Part shown: piece by piece, positions 47,273-56,890 of the stretch
Layout: every line of letters starts with the position of its first letter
Position numbering within the stretch: position 1 is the stretch's first letter
NCBI GenBank assembly: GCA_965209055.1
Contig: OZ242374.1
Location: 3,904,001-3,968,000 of the forward strand
Source of the DNA: Acidobacteriota bacterium
Lineage (GTDB): Bacteria; Acidobacteriota; UBA6911; RPQK01; JAJDTT01
DNA length: 64,000 nucleotides
Direction: 5' to 3'
Translations under genes and position numbers: made by a program
The notes under the pieces: generated by a model
What the model was told of the DNA's origin: nothing
Databases searched by the model: none
Seen by the model: only the letters and a program-made list of their open reading frames with translations

Positions 47273-48160
47273 CTAGGTCTCGACGACCGGGGTCTGGCCG
47301 CCTCGCAGGACCGTACTTCCTCCGTAGAACTCCGTCTGGTCGATGCTGGGCCGGGTGTCGATGCCGGCCAGGTCCAGCCGCTGGCTCTGGGAAAAGAAGT
47401 GGGCGGGATTGTCCCAGACGATGGTTCGGATGGTCCGGAGCGTGATGCCGCTCTCCAACATCAGGTCGGTGGTCTTGGGGACCTTCAGGGGATCGCTGAT
47501 GCCCCAATCCGCGGCGCTGTTGATGAGGATCCGCTCGCTGCCGTACTCCTTCACCAGCTTCACCATCCGGACCTCGTCCATCTTGGTGTGGGGATAGATG
47601 GTGTGGCCGGCCCAGCAGCCGGTGTCCAGCACCAGGGGCAGCGTCTCTTCCGTGTTGTGGTCGATGAGGGCCCTCTCCTCGGGGAAGCCGACGTTGCGGA
47701 TGAGGTCCAAGGAACGGATGGTGCCCCGCTTCTTGTCCCGGTGGGGCGTATGCACCAGGACCGGCAGATCCATTTCCATGGCCAGTTCCAACTGGCGGGC
47801 GAAGATGCGCTCCTCCGCATCGGTCTGATCGTCGTACCCGATCTCCCCCACGGCGACCACGCCATCTTTCTGCAGGTAGCGGGGAAGCAGCGAGAGCACT
47901 TCCTCAGCCAGCCTGGGGTTGTTGGCCTCCTTGGGGTTCAGTCCGATGGTGCAGAAATGACGGATGCCGAATTGCGACGCCCGGAACCGCTCCCAGCCCA
48001 CGAGGCTGTTGAAGTAGTCGATGAAGGAGCCGACGTTGGTTCTGGGCTGCCCCAACCAGAAGGAGGGCTCGACGATGACGAGGATCCCGTTTTGGGCCAT
48101 GGCCGAGTAGTCGTCCGTGGTCCGGGAGGTCATGTGAATGTGAGGATCGAAGATCTTCAT
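47273..48160 (-). CDS. eboB: EboB-like TatD family metallohydrolase
   Basis: DPHIHMTSRTTDDY, EPSFWLGQPRT, GWERFRASQFGIRH, GEIGYDD, HTPHRDKK, DHN, NSAADWGISDPL. Confidence 0.88.
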   Translation of the reverse strand: MKIFDPHIHMTSRTTDDYSAMAQNGILVIVEPSFWLGQPRTNVGSFIDYFNSLVGWERFRASQFGIRHFCTIGLNPKEANNPRLAEEVLSLLPRYLQKDGVVAVGEIGYDDQTDAEERIFARQLELAMEMDLPVLVHTPHRDKKRGTIRSLDLIRNVGFPEERALIDHNTEETLPLVLDTGCWAGHTIYPHTKMDEVRMVKLVKEYGSERILINSAADWGISDPLKVPKTTDLMLESGITLRTIRTIVWDNPAHFFSQSQRLDLAGIDTRPSIDQTEFYGGSTVLRGGQTPVVET

Positions 48161-48169
48161 GGTGGAAAT

Positions 48170-49030
48170 TCATTGGACCATCTTGGCCAACGAGGCGTCA
48201 ATAGCGGCCAGAACGCGGTCGTCGGATTCAACCGTTCTCCGCTGCTCGAGCTGCGCGCGGCTTCGTTGGTCCCGGGCGTATCCCAGAGCCCGCGCAGCCC
48301 AATAGCGGTGACGGGAATTGCCCTGCTGCAGATAGGGGTAGATGCGCCCGATCCTCTCGGGAGCGATGCGCGGCGCCACGGCCCACCAGATGTCGGGAGG
48401 AACGTCGCGTCCGGCCGCCTCCCGTTCGCTGGCGTAGTCGTCGGCCATCCGGGAGAGCTCCGGATTGAAGCGGGCTTCCAGCCCCATGATGCGATCCATG
48501 CGGATCGCGTTGAACAGGCTCTTGAGCACCATCTGGTTGAAGTTCAGTTCCGGGAAGTGCGCCGCAGGGTAGGGATTTTCGCAGGCGATGGCTTCCAGCA
48601 GGGGAACGATGTTGGTCCGGCAGGCGTCGACGGCCGCGTCCAGGAACCGACTGCGTTGGGGAAGCAGATTGATTCCCCGGAGCCAGCTCTGCTGCTCGCG
48701 GCTGTCACCCTGCCGATAGCATTCCAGCACCGTTTCGGAATATTCGTCCGGAGGCAGATGGGCAATTCTCAGCAGGAGGATGGCCCGTCCCAGTTCGTCC
48801 AGGCCCCAGTGATCGAGGGGAAGATCGGGCCGCAAGGTGCTCCAGCGGAGAGCTTCTTCCGGGTCCTGGGCAAGAGCTTTCTTTCCTAACCAGAAGGAGG
48901 CTCCCGCGTAGTTGCCCAGCAGCCGGTTCAGATCGACAGGAGCCGCCGTGCTTCGGCAGGCCTTTTGAAACCAGCTCCAGCCGCGGGAGGAGGCGCGGGC
49001 CCTTAGAATCCGGGTCAGAAAATCGATCAC
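48170..49030 (-). CDS. eboA: EboA-like protein with HEAT-like C-terminus
   Basis: WGLDELGRAILL, GDSREQ, DACRTN, NPYPAAHFPELNFNQMVLKSLF, DYASEREAAGRDVP. Confidence 0.82.
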   Translation of the reverse strand: MIDFLTRILRARASSRGWSWFQKACRSTAAPVDLNRLLGNYAGASFWLGKKALAQDPEEALRWSTLRPDLPLDHWGLDELGRAILLLRIAHLPPDEYSETVLECYRQGDSREQQSWLRGINLLPQRSRFLDAAVDACRTNIVPLLEAIACENPYPAAHFPELNFNQMVLKSLFNAIRMDRIMGLEARFNPELSRMADDYASEREAAGRDVPPDIWWAVAPRIAPERIGRIYPYLQQGNSRHRYWAARALGYARDQRSRAQLEQRRTVESDDRVLAAIDASLAKMVQ

Positions 49031-49035
49031 GGTTC

Positions 49036-51006
49036 GTGGATCCAGCGAACGAATTATGGCGAAAACGGGATGTTATGGTCCCCAAGACGGAAATTCTTGT
49101 CAAACGCGGTCCAACCCCGTTTCTTGCCATGTGTACCCGCCTGTTGCATCATGCTCAGGCTGTGCCGGCGCGTCGAAGCTGCTTCAGGCTTGGATTATTC
49201 CTGGGGGGACTTCTCCTGCTCTTCTCCGCCGAGGGACGGAGTGAGGAGTTCCGCCGCCTCGACCAGGAGCAGACACCCCCTGAGTTCGCCACGCTTCAAG
49301 ATTGGATGGCGCGGGCGCACGAACTCCGAACCCGGATCATGGTCAGCGCGGGACTGGAACCGTTGCCTGCCAGGACGCCCCTGAATCCCCGGCTTTCGCC
49401 GCTTGTGACGCGGGACGGTTATACGGTTCAGAATGTCACCCTGGAGACCCTGCCCGGTTTCTACCTGACCGGGAATCTCTACCGTCCGCTGGGGATGGAT
49501 CCTCCCTATCCGGCCGTCCTCGGTCCTCACGGCCATTGGAAGAACGGAAGGCTGGAAAACAGCGAGCTTTCCTCGGTTCCGGGGCGCGCCATCAACCTGG
49601 CGCGGCGCGGCGCCGTGGTCTTCACCTATTCCATGATCGGATACGAGGAGACCAAGGGGCTTATCCCCCATCGTTTCGACGAATCCCGCTATCAGCTCTG
49701 GGGCTTCGGACCGGCGGGCCTTCAACTCTGGAACAGCGTCCGGGCCTTGGACTTCCTCACCTCCAGGACCGACGTGGACGCCGGCAGGATCGGAATGACC
49801 GGGGCGTCCGGCGGCGGCACCCAGACGTTCCTGCTGATGGCGGTGGAACCCAGGATCTCGGTGGCGGCGCCGGTGAACATGATCTCGGCCCACTTCCAGG
49901 GGGGATGCATCTGCGAGAACGCTCCACTCTTGCGTCTGGATTCCATCAACACGGAGATCGGGGCGATGATGGCGCCCCGGCCGTTGATGCTGGTCTCCAC
50001 CAGCGGCGACTGGACTTCCAAGACACCGGACGTTGAGTTTCCGGCCATCCGCTCCGTCTACCGCCTCTTCGGCGCGGAAGACCGGGTTGCGAATGCCCAT
50101 TTCGACTACCCGCACAACTACAACCGCGATAGCCGGGAGGCGGTCTATGGATGGTTCGGGAGATGGCTGTGGGACGAGGAGCGGCCCGGTGAAGTGCCGT
50201 TCCAAGTGGAGCCGGCCGATGCCCTGACGGCAGAGCTTCCGGCTCGGCCTCTGCCTCTGGAGGAACTTTTCTCCAACTTCGCCGCTCGGGCACGCGGACA
50301 GATCGAGATCCACAAGCCCGGGGATTGGAAGGAGATCTTTCGCTACCGGGAGGTCTATGGCCCCGTCCTGCGGCACTCCCTTTCGGTGCCTCCGTCGCCG
50401 GATCTCGTCGAGATGGAGGTTCAGCTGCCCGATCCCCATCACCGCGCCGGCCGAGCCGTTCTCGTGGTGCATCCGCGGGAAGAGGAGGAACGTGCCCGGG
50501 CTTTGGCGCACCGATACCGCGGCGACGGGCGCTTGGCGTTCCGGATCAGCCCTTATCCCCAGGTCGAGGCGCTGATGCCTCCTGAGGACGTGAATCACTG
50601 GACGACCTACAACCCGACGCCGGCGTCGCGGCGGATTGACCTGGTGCGGCGGGCCTGCCGCGTCATCCTGGACCGGGGGGACGTGACAGGGCTGGACTTG
50701 GTGGGGTTGCGGGAAGCGGGGGCGTGGGTCCTTCTGGGCGCCGCCACCGGACCCCGTGTCGGCCGCGTCTCGGCCGAGCTGGAGATGTTCTCCGGCGACA
50801 CGGATCAGGTCTTTCTGGATCGGCTCTTCGTGCCTCTGCTGCGGCGGTCCGGAGACCTGAAAACAGCGGCAGTTCTTTTGGCCCCCGGGCAACTCACGCT
50901 CCACGGGCTGGATGAAGGGCCGTTGAAGCTTTGGTTCCAGGAGGTCTACGGGGCGGCCGGCGCATCCGGAATGCTGGAATTCCGGAACGGACCCATCGGA
51001 AACTAG
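49036..51006 (+). CDS. Alpha/beta hydrolase (acetylxylan esterase-like)
   Basis: PHGHW, RALDFL, GMTGASGGGTQT nucleophile elbow, GGCICEN, HNYN. The true start is probably downstream of 49036. Confidence 0.8.
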   Translation: MDPANELWRKRDVMVPKTEILVKRGPTPFLAMCTRLLHHAQAVPARRSCFRLGLFLGGLLLLFSAEGRSEEFRRLDQEQTPPEFATLQDWMARAHELRTRIMVSAGLEPLPARTPLNPRLSPLVTRDGYTVQNVTLETLPGFYLTGNLYRPLGMDPPYPAVLGPHGHWKNGRLENSELSSVPGRAINLARRGAVVFTYSMIGYEETKGLIPHRFDESRYQLWGFGPAGLQLWNSVRALDFLTSRTDVDAGRIGMTGASGGGTQTFLLMAVEPRISVAAPVNMISAHFQGGCICENAPLLRLDSINTEIGAMMAPRPLMLVSTSGDWTSKTPDVEFPAIRSVYRLFGAEDRVANAHFDYPHNYNRDSREAVYGWFGRWLWDEERPGEVPFQVEPADALTAELPARPLPLEELFSNFAARARGQIEIHKPGDWKEIFRYREVYGPVLRHSLSVPPSPDLVEMEVQLPDPHHRAGRAVLVVHPREEEERARALAHRYRGDGRLAFRISPYPQVEALMPPEDVNHWTTYNPTPASRRIDLVRRACRVILDRGDVTGLDLVGLREAGAWVLLGAATGPRVGRVSAELEMFSGDTDQVFLDRLFVPLLRRSGDLKTAAVLLAPGQLTLHGLDEGPLKLWFQEVYGAAGASGMLEFRNGPIGN

Positions 51007-51041
51007 CCTGATTCGGCGGTATAAATTAATCGAGGAGAGCC

Positions 51042-52391
51042 ATGACCGACCCATCTCATGCGGAACAGACACAGACAGCGCCCCGGGGATTCTGGCCCGT
51101 CCTGCGCAAACTGGGTCCGGGGCTCATCATCTCCGGATCCATCGTTGGTTCGGGAGAACTCATCGCCACCACGACCCTCGGCGCCGAGGTCGGCTTCGTC
51201 GCTCTCTGGCTCATCATCGTCAGTTGCGGCATCAAGGTGGTTGTCCAGGAGGAACTGGGCCGGTACGTGGTCTCCTCCGGGGAGACCACCCTGCAGGGAT
51301 TGAACCGGGTCCCGGGACCCCGATGGCGCGTGTCATGGGTGGTCTGGTGCTGGTGGATCATGACCATGGGAGTCATCATCCAGGGAGGAGGCATCGTCGG
51401 CGGGGTCGGTCAGACTTTCCATCTCTTCGTGCCCCAGATCAGCGGGACCGCCTGGGCCATGGTCGCGGCGGTCACGGTGATGGCGCTTCTGTTCCGGGGG
51501 CACTACGGAAGGGTGGAGAAGATCTGTATCGGCATGGTGGTCAGTTTCACCTTTGTGACCATCGCCTGTGCCGTCCTGCTGGGTTGGACCCCCTTCGCCC
51601 CCACCACGGAAGACTTTCTCTCCGGCCTGCGGCTGGGACTTCCGGAGGGAGGAATCGCCGTCGCTTTCGCCGCCTTCGGAATCACCGGCGTTGGAGCGAC
51701 GGAGTTGATCATGTACCCCTACTGGTGTCTGGAGAAGGGCTACGCGCGATTCGTGGGGCCTCGGGAAGACGGCGCCGCCTGGGAAGGACGGGCGCGAGGC
51801 TGGATACGGGTCATGCAGGCGGACGTGCTCATGGCCATGGTGGTCTACACCACGGCGACGGTGGCCTTCTACATCTTGGGTGCGGCGGTCCTTCACGGCA
51901 TGGGGACGGTCCCGGCCGGTTACGAAATGGTCTCCACCCTGTCGAACATGTACACCTCCACCCTGGGACAGGGAGCCTTCTACCTCTTTCTGGTGGGCGC
52001 CTTCTTCGTGCTCTACTCGACTCTCTTTGCCGGCGTCGCCAGCAGCTCCCGGGTCATCACCGATTTCCTGCGATTGGTGGGAGTGGCCCGGATCGAAAAT
52101 GAGAGCCAGCTCCTGTTCTGGAGGCGGGTGGTGATCGTGGTGGTCCCCACACTGTACGTCGTGCTTTACGGATTCGTGGCTCAGCCGGTCTTCATGGTGA
52201 TCATCGGCGGGATTTTCCAGGCCTGCATGCTCCCCATCATCAGCTTCTCGGCCATCTACCTCCGTTATCGCCACACCGACCGGGCGATCCGCCCGAGCCT
52301 CACGGTCGACGTGCTGCTCTGGGCCTGCTCCTCCGTCATGCTGCTCTTTGCCGTCTACTATGTGGCAAAGAGGCTCGGGTTGGGCGCCTGA
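51042..52391 (+). CDS. Nramp-family (MntH-like) transporter
   Basis: LGPGLIISGSIVGSGELIATT, FGITGVGATELIMYPYWCLEKGY; about 11 TM. Confidence 0.8.
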   Translation: MTDPSHAEQTQTAPRGFWPVLRKLGPGLIISGSIVGSGELIATTTLGAEVGFVALWLIIVSCGIKVVVQEELGRYVVSSGETTLQGLNRVPGPRWRVSWVVWCWWIMTMGVIIQGGGIVGGVGQTFHLFVPQISGTAWAMVAAVTVMALLFRGHYGRVEKICIGMVVSFTFVTIACAVLLGWTPFAPTTEDFLSGLRLGLPEGGIAVAFAAFGITGVGATELIMYPYWCLEKGYARFVGPREDGAAWEGRARGWIRVMQADVLMAMVVYTTATVAFYILGAAVLHGMGTVPAGYEMVSTLSNMYTSTLGQGAFYLFLVGAFFVLYSTLFAGVASSSRVITDFLRLVGVARIENESQLLFWRRVVIVVVPTLYVVLYGFVAQPVFMVIIGGIFQACMLPIISFSAIYLRYRHTDRAIRPSLTVDVLLWACSSVMLLFAVYYVAKRLGLGA

Positions 52392-52409
52392 TCGCCGGTT
52401 TCGGGAAGC

Positions 52410-53132
52410 CTATCGGGCTGGCCTTTTGAAGATGACGATGTGCTGCCGGGGCAGGAGATCCAGCGTCTCGACCCAGACCAGGGGATGCACGGAGATCTCG
52501 CGCCGGACCTGATCCTGGCTCATCTTGTGGAGCCGGAGAATGGGAACCGTGGGGTCCTCCGCCCGGTACTCCACCAGGACCAGCCGCCCGCCCGGCTTCA
52601 GTGCGCGATGTATTCCCTGAATCATCTCCCAGGGATGGGAGAACTCGTGGTAGACGTCCACCAACAGCGCGAGGTCCACGCTTTCCGGAGAGAGTCCCGG
52701 ATCCTGGATGGTCCCTCGAATGGGCTCCACATTTTCGATTTTTCTCTGGGCGGCCCGGCGGCGGATGATCTGAAGCATCTCGTCCTGAATATCGACGGCC
52801 AGGACGCGTCCCCCGGCTCCCACCCTCCCGGCCAGGCGAAAGGAGAAGTATCCCGATCCGGCCCCGATGTCGGCGACCGTCATTCCCCTGAGGTTTCCCA
52901 GGGCATCCAGCAGAGCTTCGGGATTCTCTTCGGACTCCCGCTCGTGGCGATCCAGCCAGGGAGCGCCCCGGTGACCCATGACCTGCGAGATCTCCCGGCC
53001 CATGTAGAACTTGCCGGTCCCATGGGGATCCGTGCTCGTCCGATGCTCGTAACGGGGCGGTTCGGCGCCGGATATGCCTTGAAGCAGGAACGGAAGCAGG
53101 CAGGCAAGAAGATGAAATGGAGTCGGCGTCAT
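52410..53132 (-). CDS. Class I SAM-dependent methyltransferase (exported)
   Basis: YMGREISQVMGH, VADIGAGSGYF, VDVYHE, LKPGGRLVLVEYR. Confidence 0.88.
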   Translation of the reverse strand: MTPTPFHLLACLLPFLLQGISGAEPPRYEHRTSTDPHGTGKFYMGREISQVMGHRGAPWLDRHERESEENPEALLDALGNLRGMTVADIGAGSGYFSFRLAGRVGAGGRVLAVDIQDEMLQIIRRRAAQRKIENVEPIRGTIQDPGLSPESVDLALLVDVYHEFSHPWEMIQGIHRALKPGGRLVLVEYRAEDPTVPILRLHKMSQDQVRREISVHPLVWVETLDLLPRQHIVIFKRPAR

Positions 53133-53328
53133 GGCCAACCAGTTTATCAGCAGTCGGGAGTCCAGGAGTTTGAACAGAGCAGCGTCTCGGTTGCAAACGG
53201 ACCGTTCGACAGTCCTGTGCCCCGGTTGATTTGGCCAGGGGGCTACGGTATAAATTTTTCAAGACCGCCGCGAAAACGGCAGCCTCGAGGCGGGATCCGC
53301 AGGCGGTTTTCGAATCGGGAGGAATTCC

Positions 53329-54705
53329 ATGCTGAGACTCGACGCCGACAAGCCCGTATCGTTCTGCGACGGTTTCAACCGGCGCGACTTCTTCCACATC
53401 GGGGCGCTTTCCGGGTTGGGACTCAGTCTGGTCGATCTCTACAGCCTGAAGGCGCTCGGGTCCGTCGATGCCGGGAAGGACCCCATGAACTGCATCTTCC
53501 TCTTCCTGGTCGGCGGCCCCAGCCAGTTGGACACGTGGGACATGAAGCCGGATGCGCCGGCCGAGATCCGGGGTCCGTTCAAGCCCATTCCCACCAATGT
53601 GGACGGGATCCGGATCAGCGAGATCTTCCCGCGGATGGCGCGCCACGCCGACAAGTTCTCCCTGGTGCGGAGCCTTTACCACGACGCGGCCGCGGTGCAT
53701 GACACCGGGCACCAGATGATGCAGACGGGCCGCCTCTTTCAGGCCGGCATGGAGCATCCGCACGCCGGCTGCGTCATCAACAAACTCCGGGGACCTCGCG
53801 GGGCCCTGCCGGCCCACGTCCTGATCCCCCGTCCCATCGGCAAGACCGGAGGCAACATGCCCCACGGCCAGGACGCCGGATATCTGGGCCGGGCGCTGGA
53901 CCCCTTCGTCCTGAACAGCGATCCCTCGCTGCCCGATTTCAAGGTGCGGGACCTCCTGCCGCCCGACTATATCTCCGCCAATCGGCTGAACCGGCGCCGT
54001 AACCTGAGAGAGATCGTGGACGGGGTCGTCGGCAACTTCGAAAACAGTGAGGACGCCCGGCTGCTGGATTCCAGTTTCCATCAGGCCTACACGCTGATTT
54101 CGTCCGACCGCGCCCGGGAGGCGTTCGACATCACCATGGAAGACGATGCGGCTCGTGACCGTTACGGGCGCAACAAGTTCGGACAGAGCTGCCTGCTGGC
54201 CCGGCGGCTGGTGGAGCGGGGTGTCCGGTTCGTCACCGTCAACATGTTCGAGACCGTCTTCAACGAGATCACCTGGGACATCCACGGGTCGGCTCCTTTC
54301 AGCCCCATCAGTTGCTACTCCGATCTGGTGGGACCCATGTTCGACAACGGTTTTTCCTCCCTGGTGGAGGACCTGAAGGATCGGGGCATGTTGGAGAACA
54401 CGCTGATCGTGGCCATGGGCGAGTTCGGCCGCACGCCCAAGATCAATCCGGCCGGGGGCCGCGATCACTGGCCCGGGTGCTGGACCACGGTCTTCGCCGG
54501 GGGCGGCATCCAGGGCGGACGGGTCGTGGGCGAGTCGGACGAGATCGGAGCCCTGCCCAAGGATCGTCCGGTGACGCCGGCGGAGGTGGTGGCCACCGTT
54601 TACCACTTGCTCGGCGTGGACCTGGAGACGGAACTGGACGGACCCGGAGGACGGCCCGTTCCTATCGTGGACTACAACGTCGAGCCCATCCACGAGTTGA
54701 TCTGA
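53329..54705 (+). CDS. DUF1501 family protein (Tat-like RRDF motif)
   Basis: GGPSQLDTWDMKP, LLARRLVERGVRFV, WDIH, GEFGRTPKIN, GRDHW. Confidence 0.9.
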   Translation: MLRLDADKPVSFCDGFNRRDFFHIGALSGLGLSLVDLYSLKALGSVDAGKDPMNCIFLFLVGGPSQLDTWDMKPDAPAEIRGPFKPIPTNVDGIRISEIFPRMARHADKFSLVRSLYHDAAAVHDTGHQMMQTGRLFQAGMEHPHAGCVINKLRGPRGALPAHVLIPRPIGKTGGNMPHGQDAGYLGRALDPFVLNSDPSLPDFKVRDLLPPDYISANRLNRRRNLREIVDGVVGNFENSEDARLLDSSFHQAYTLISSDRAREAFDITMEDDAARDRYGRNKFGQSCLLARRLVERGVRFVTVNMFETVFNEITWDIHGSAPFSPISCYSDLVGPMFDNGFSSLVEDLKDRGMLENTLIVAMGEFGRTPKINPAGGRDHWPGCWTTVFAGGGIQGGRVVGESDEIGALPKDRPVTPAEVVATVYHLLGVDLETELDGPGGRPVPIVDYNVEPIHELI

Positions 54706-54709
54706 GGTC

Positions 54710-56866
54710 GTGGCCAAGCGGTCGCCCGTCCTCCTGCTTTTCGTTCTGGCAATTGCCGTCGTCGAGGCGGCTCCGGATTCCCCCAGCTTCCGGAACGACG
54801 TCCTGCCTGTCCTGAGCAAGGCGGGTTGCAATTCGGGCCCCTGTCACGGCGCGCTGGCGGGCAAGAACGGGTTCCGGCTCTCGCTTCGCGGGTACGATCC
54901 GGTCACCGATTATTTTTCCCTCACCCGGGAGGCGCTGGGCCGCAGGCTGGTCAAGATGGCGCCCGCCCGGAGCCTGATCCTCCTGAAGCCGACCCTGACC
55001 CTTCCCCACGGAGGAGGGAAGCGGTTCGACGTCGACTCTCCCGAATACCGGGTGATCGCGGACTGGATCGCGGCGGGGGCGCCGGCCCCGAAGCCCGGCG
55101 ACCCTGTGATCGAGAACATTGAAGTCGATCCCGACAAGATCGTGCTCCACACGCCCGGTGACACGGTTCGGATCTCGGTGCGGGCCCGATTTTCGGACGG
55201 GAGTGTCCGGGATGTGACCCGCCAGACCAAGTTCAGCTCCACCAACGAAGGGGTCGTGGAGGTCGGGGACCGTGGTCTGGTTAGGGCAAAGGGCCATGGT
55301 GAGGGAGCGGTTTCTGTCTGGTACTCCAGCAAGGTGGCCTTCTCCCGGGTGACGGTGCCTCACGAACGCCAACTGGGCCCGGAGGTATTCGGCCAGGCTC
55401 CCCGCAACAATTGGGTGGACGACCTGGTCCTGGCCAAGCTCAACGAGCTGCGGATCCCTCCCTCCCCGCTGTGCGACGACAATACCTTCATTCGAAGGGT
55501 CTACCTGGACACGCTCGGAGTGCTGCCGAGCCGGCAGGATCTGAGCCGATTTCTCGGGGACACGCGCGGTGACCGGCGGGCACGGCTGATCGATTCGGTC
55601 TTGGACCGGCCCGAATACGTGGACTACTGGGCCTACAAGTGGTCCGACCTGCTGCTGGTCTCCAGCCGCAAGCTGGAAAAGGCCGCCATGTGGTCCTACT
55701 ACGACTGGATCCGGAACGGGGTGGCCGAGAACCGTCCCTGGGACCGGTTCATCGAAGAACTGGTCACCGCCACCGGAAGCAATCTGGAGAACGGGGCCGT
55801 CAACTACTGGCTGATCCACCAGCAACCTCAGGAGATCACGGAAAACCTGAGCCAGGCGTTCCTGGGGATCTCTCTGACCTGCGCCCGCTGCCATAACCAT
55901 CCCCTGGAGAAATGGACCCAGGATCAGTACTACGGGATGGCTAATCTGGTCTCTCGCGTTCGTCTCAAGAACGGACAGGCGGCAGGCGAGGTTACCCTGG
56001 TGCCGCGGCCGGTGGGAGAGGTCAGCCATCCCCGGCTGGGACGGCCCATGCCGCCGCAGCCTCTGGACGCCGAGGCCCTGTCGCTGGACGACCCGGCCGA
56101 TCGGCGGCGCCACCTGGCGCGGTGGCTGGTGGGGAGCGAGCATTTCGCACGAAGCCTGGTCAATCGAGTCTGGGCCCATTTCTTCGGGCGGGGCGTCGTG
56201 GACCCGGAGGACGATCTCAGGGCGACCAATCCGGCGTCGAACGAAGCTCTCCTGTCGGCTCTGACCCGGGATTTCATGGACAACGGGCACGATGTCAAGC
56301 GTCTGATCCGAACCATACTGAACTCGGCCACCTATCAACTCTCCTCCACGGGCGTTCCGGCGAATCGAAACGACGAAGAATACTTTTCCCACCATCGAAG
56401 CCGTCGGCTGCCGGCCGAAGTGGTTCTGGACGCCATGTCCCAGGTCACGGAAGTCCCAGAGGAATTCACGGGCTATCCCCTCGGGACCCGGGCTCTCCAA
56501 CTGCCCGAAACTCAGGTTGAGTCGTATTTCCTCGATTCTTTCGGGCGTCCTCCTCGACTCACCTCCGGAGCCGATGAGCGCAAGGGCGATGCCAACGTGG
56601 CTCAGGTCCTCCATCTGATCAACGGGGGGACGCTGAACCGGAAGCTGAGGGCGGAAGGGGGCGCCGTCGACCGGTTGCTGGAATTGGAGCTCCCGGCTCC
56701 CGAACTGGTGGAGCGTGTCTATGAGTCGGCCCTTTCGAGGCGGCCGTCCCGGCCTGAAGTCGCCCGTCTGGTCTCGGCCCTGGATCTGGAGCAGGCCAAC
56801 CGGGAGGGCGTCGAGGATCTTTTCTGGGCCGTCCTGACCAGCAAGGAATTCCTGTTCACTCACTGA
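54710..56866 (+). CDS. DUF1549/DUF1553 planctomycete-type protein with Ig-like domain
   Basis: SFRNDVLPVLSKAGCNSGPCHG, FIRRVYLD, CARCHNHP, NRVWAHFFGRG, EDLFWAVLTSKEF. Confidence 0.9.
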   Translation: MAKRSPVLLLFVLAIAVVEAAPDSPSFRNDVLPVLSKAGCNSGPCHGALAGKNGFRLSLRGYDPVTDYFSLTREALGRRLVKMAPARSLILLKPTLTLPHGGGKRFDVDSPEYRVIADWIAAGAPAPKPGDPVIENIEVDPDKIVLHTPGDTVRISVRARFSDGSVRDVTRQTKFSSTNEGVVEVGDRGLVRAKGHGEGAVSVWYSSKVAFSRVTVPHERQLGPEVFGQAPRNNWVDDLVLAKLNELRIPPSPLCDDNTFIRRVYLDTLGVLPSRQDLSRFLGDTRGDRRARLIDSVLDRPEYVDYWAYKWSDLLLVSSRKLEKAAMWSYYDWIRNGVAENRPWDRFIEELVTATGSNLENGAVNYWLIHQQPQEITENLSQAFLGISLTCARCHNHPLEKWTQDQYYGMANLVSRVRLKNGQAAGEVTLVPRPVGEVSHPRLGRPMPPQPLDAEALSLDDPADRRRHLARWLVGSEHFARSLVNRVWAHFFGRGVVDPEDDLRATNPASNEALLSALTRDFMDNGHDVKRLIRTILNSATYQLSSTGVPANRNDEEYFSHHRSRRLPAEVVLDAMSQVTEVPEEFTGYPLGTRALQLPETQVESYFLDSFGRPPRLTSGADERKGDANVAQVLHLINGGTLNRKLRAEGGAVDRLLELELPAPELVERVYESALSRRPSRPEVARLVSALDLEQANREGVEDLFWAVLTSKEFLFTH

Positions 56867-56890
56867 TCCACCGCGAGGTGGAAATCGAAC

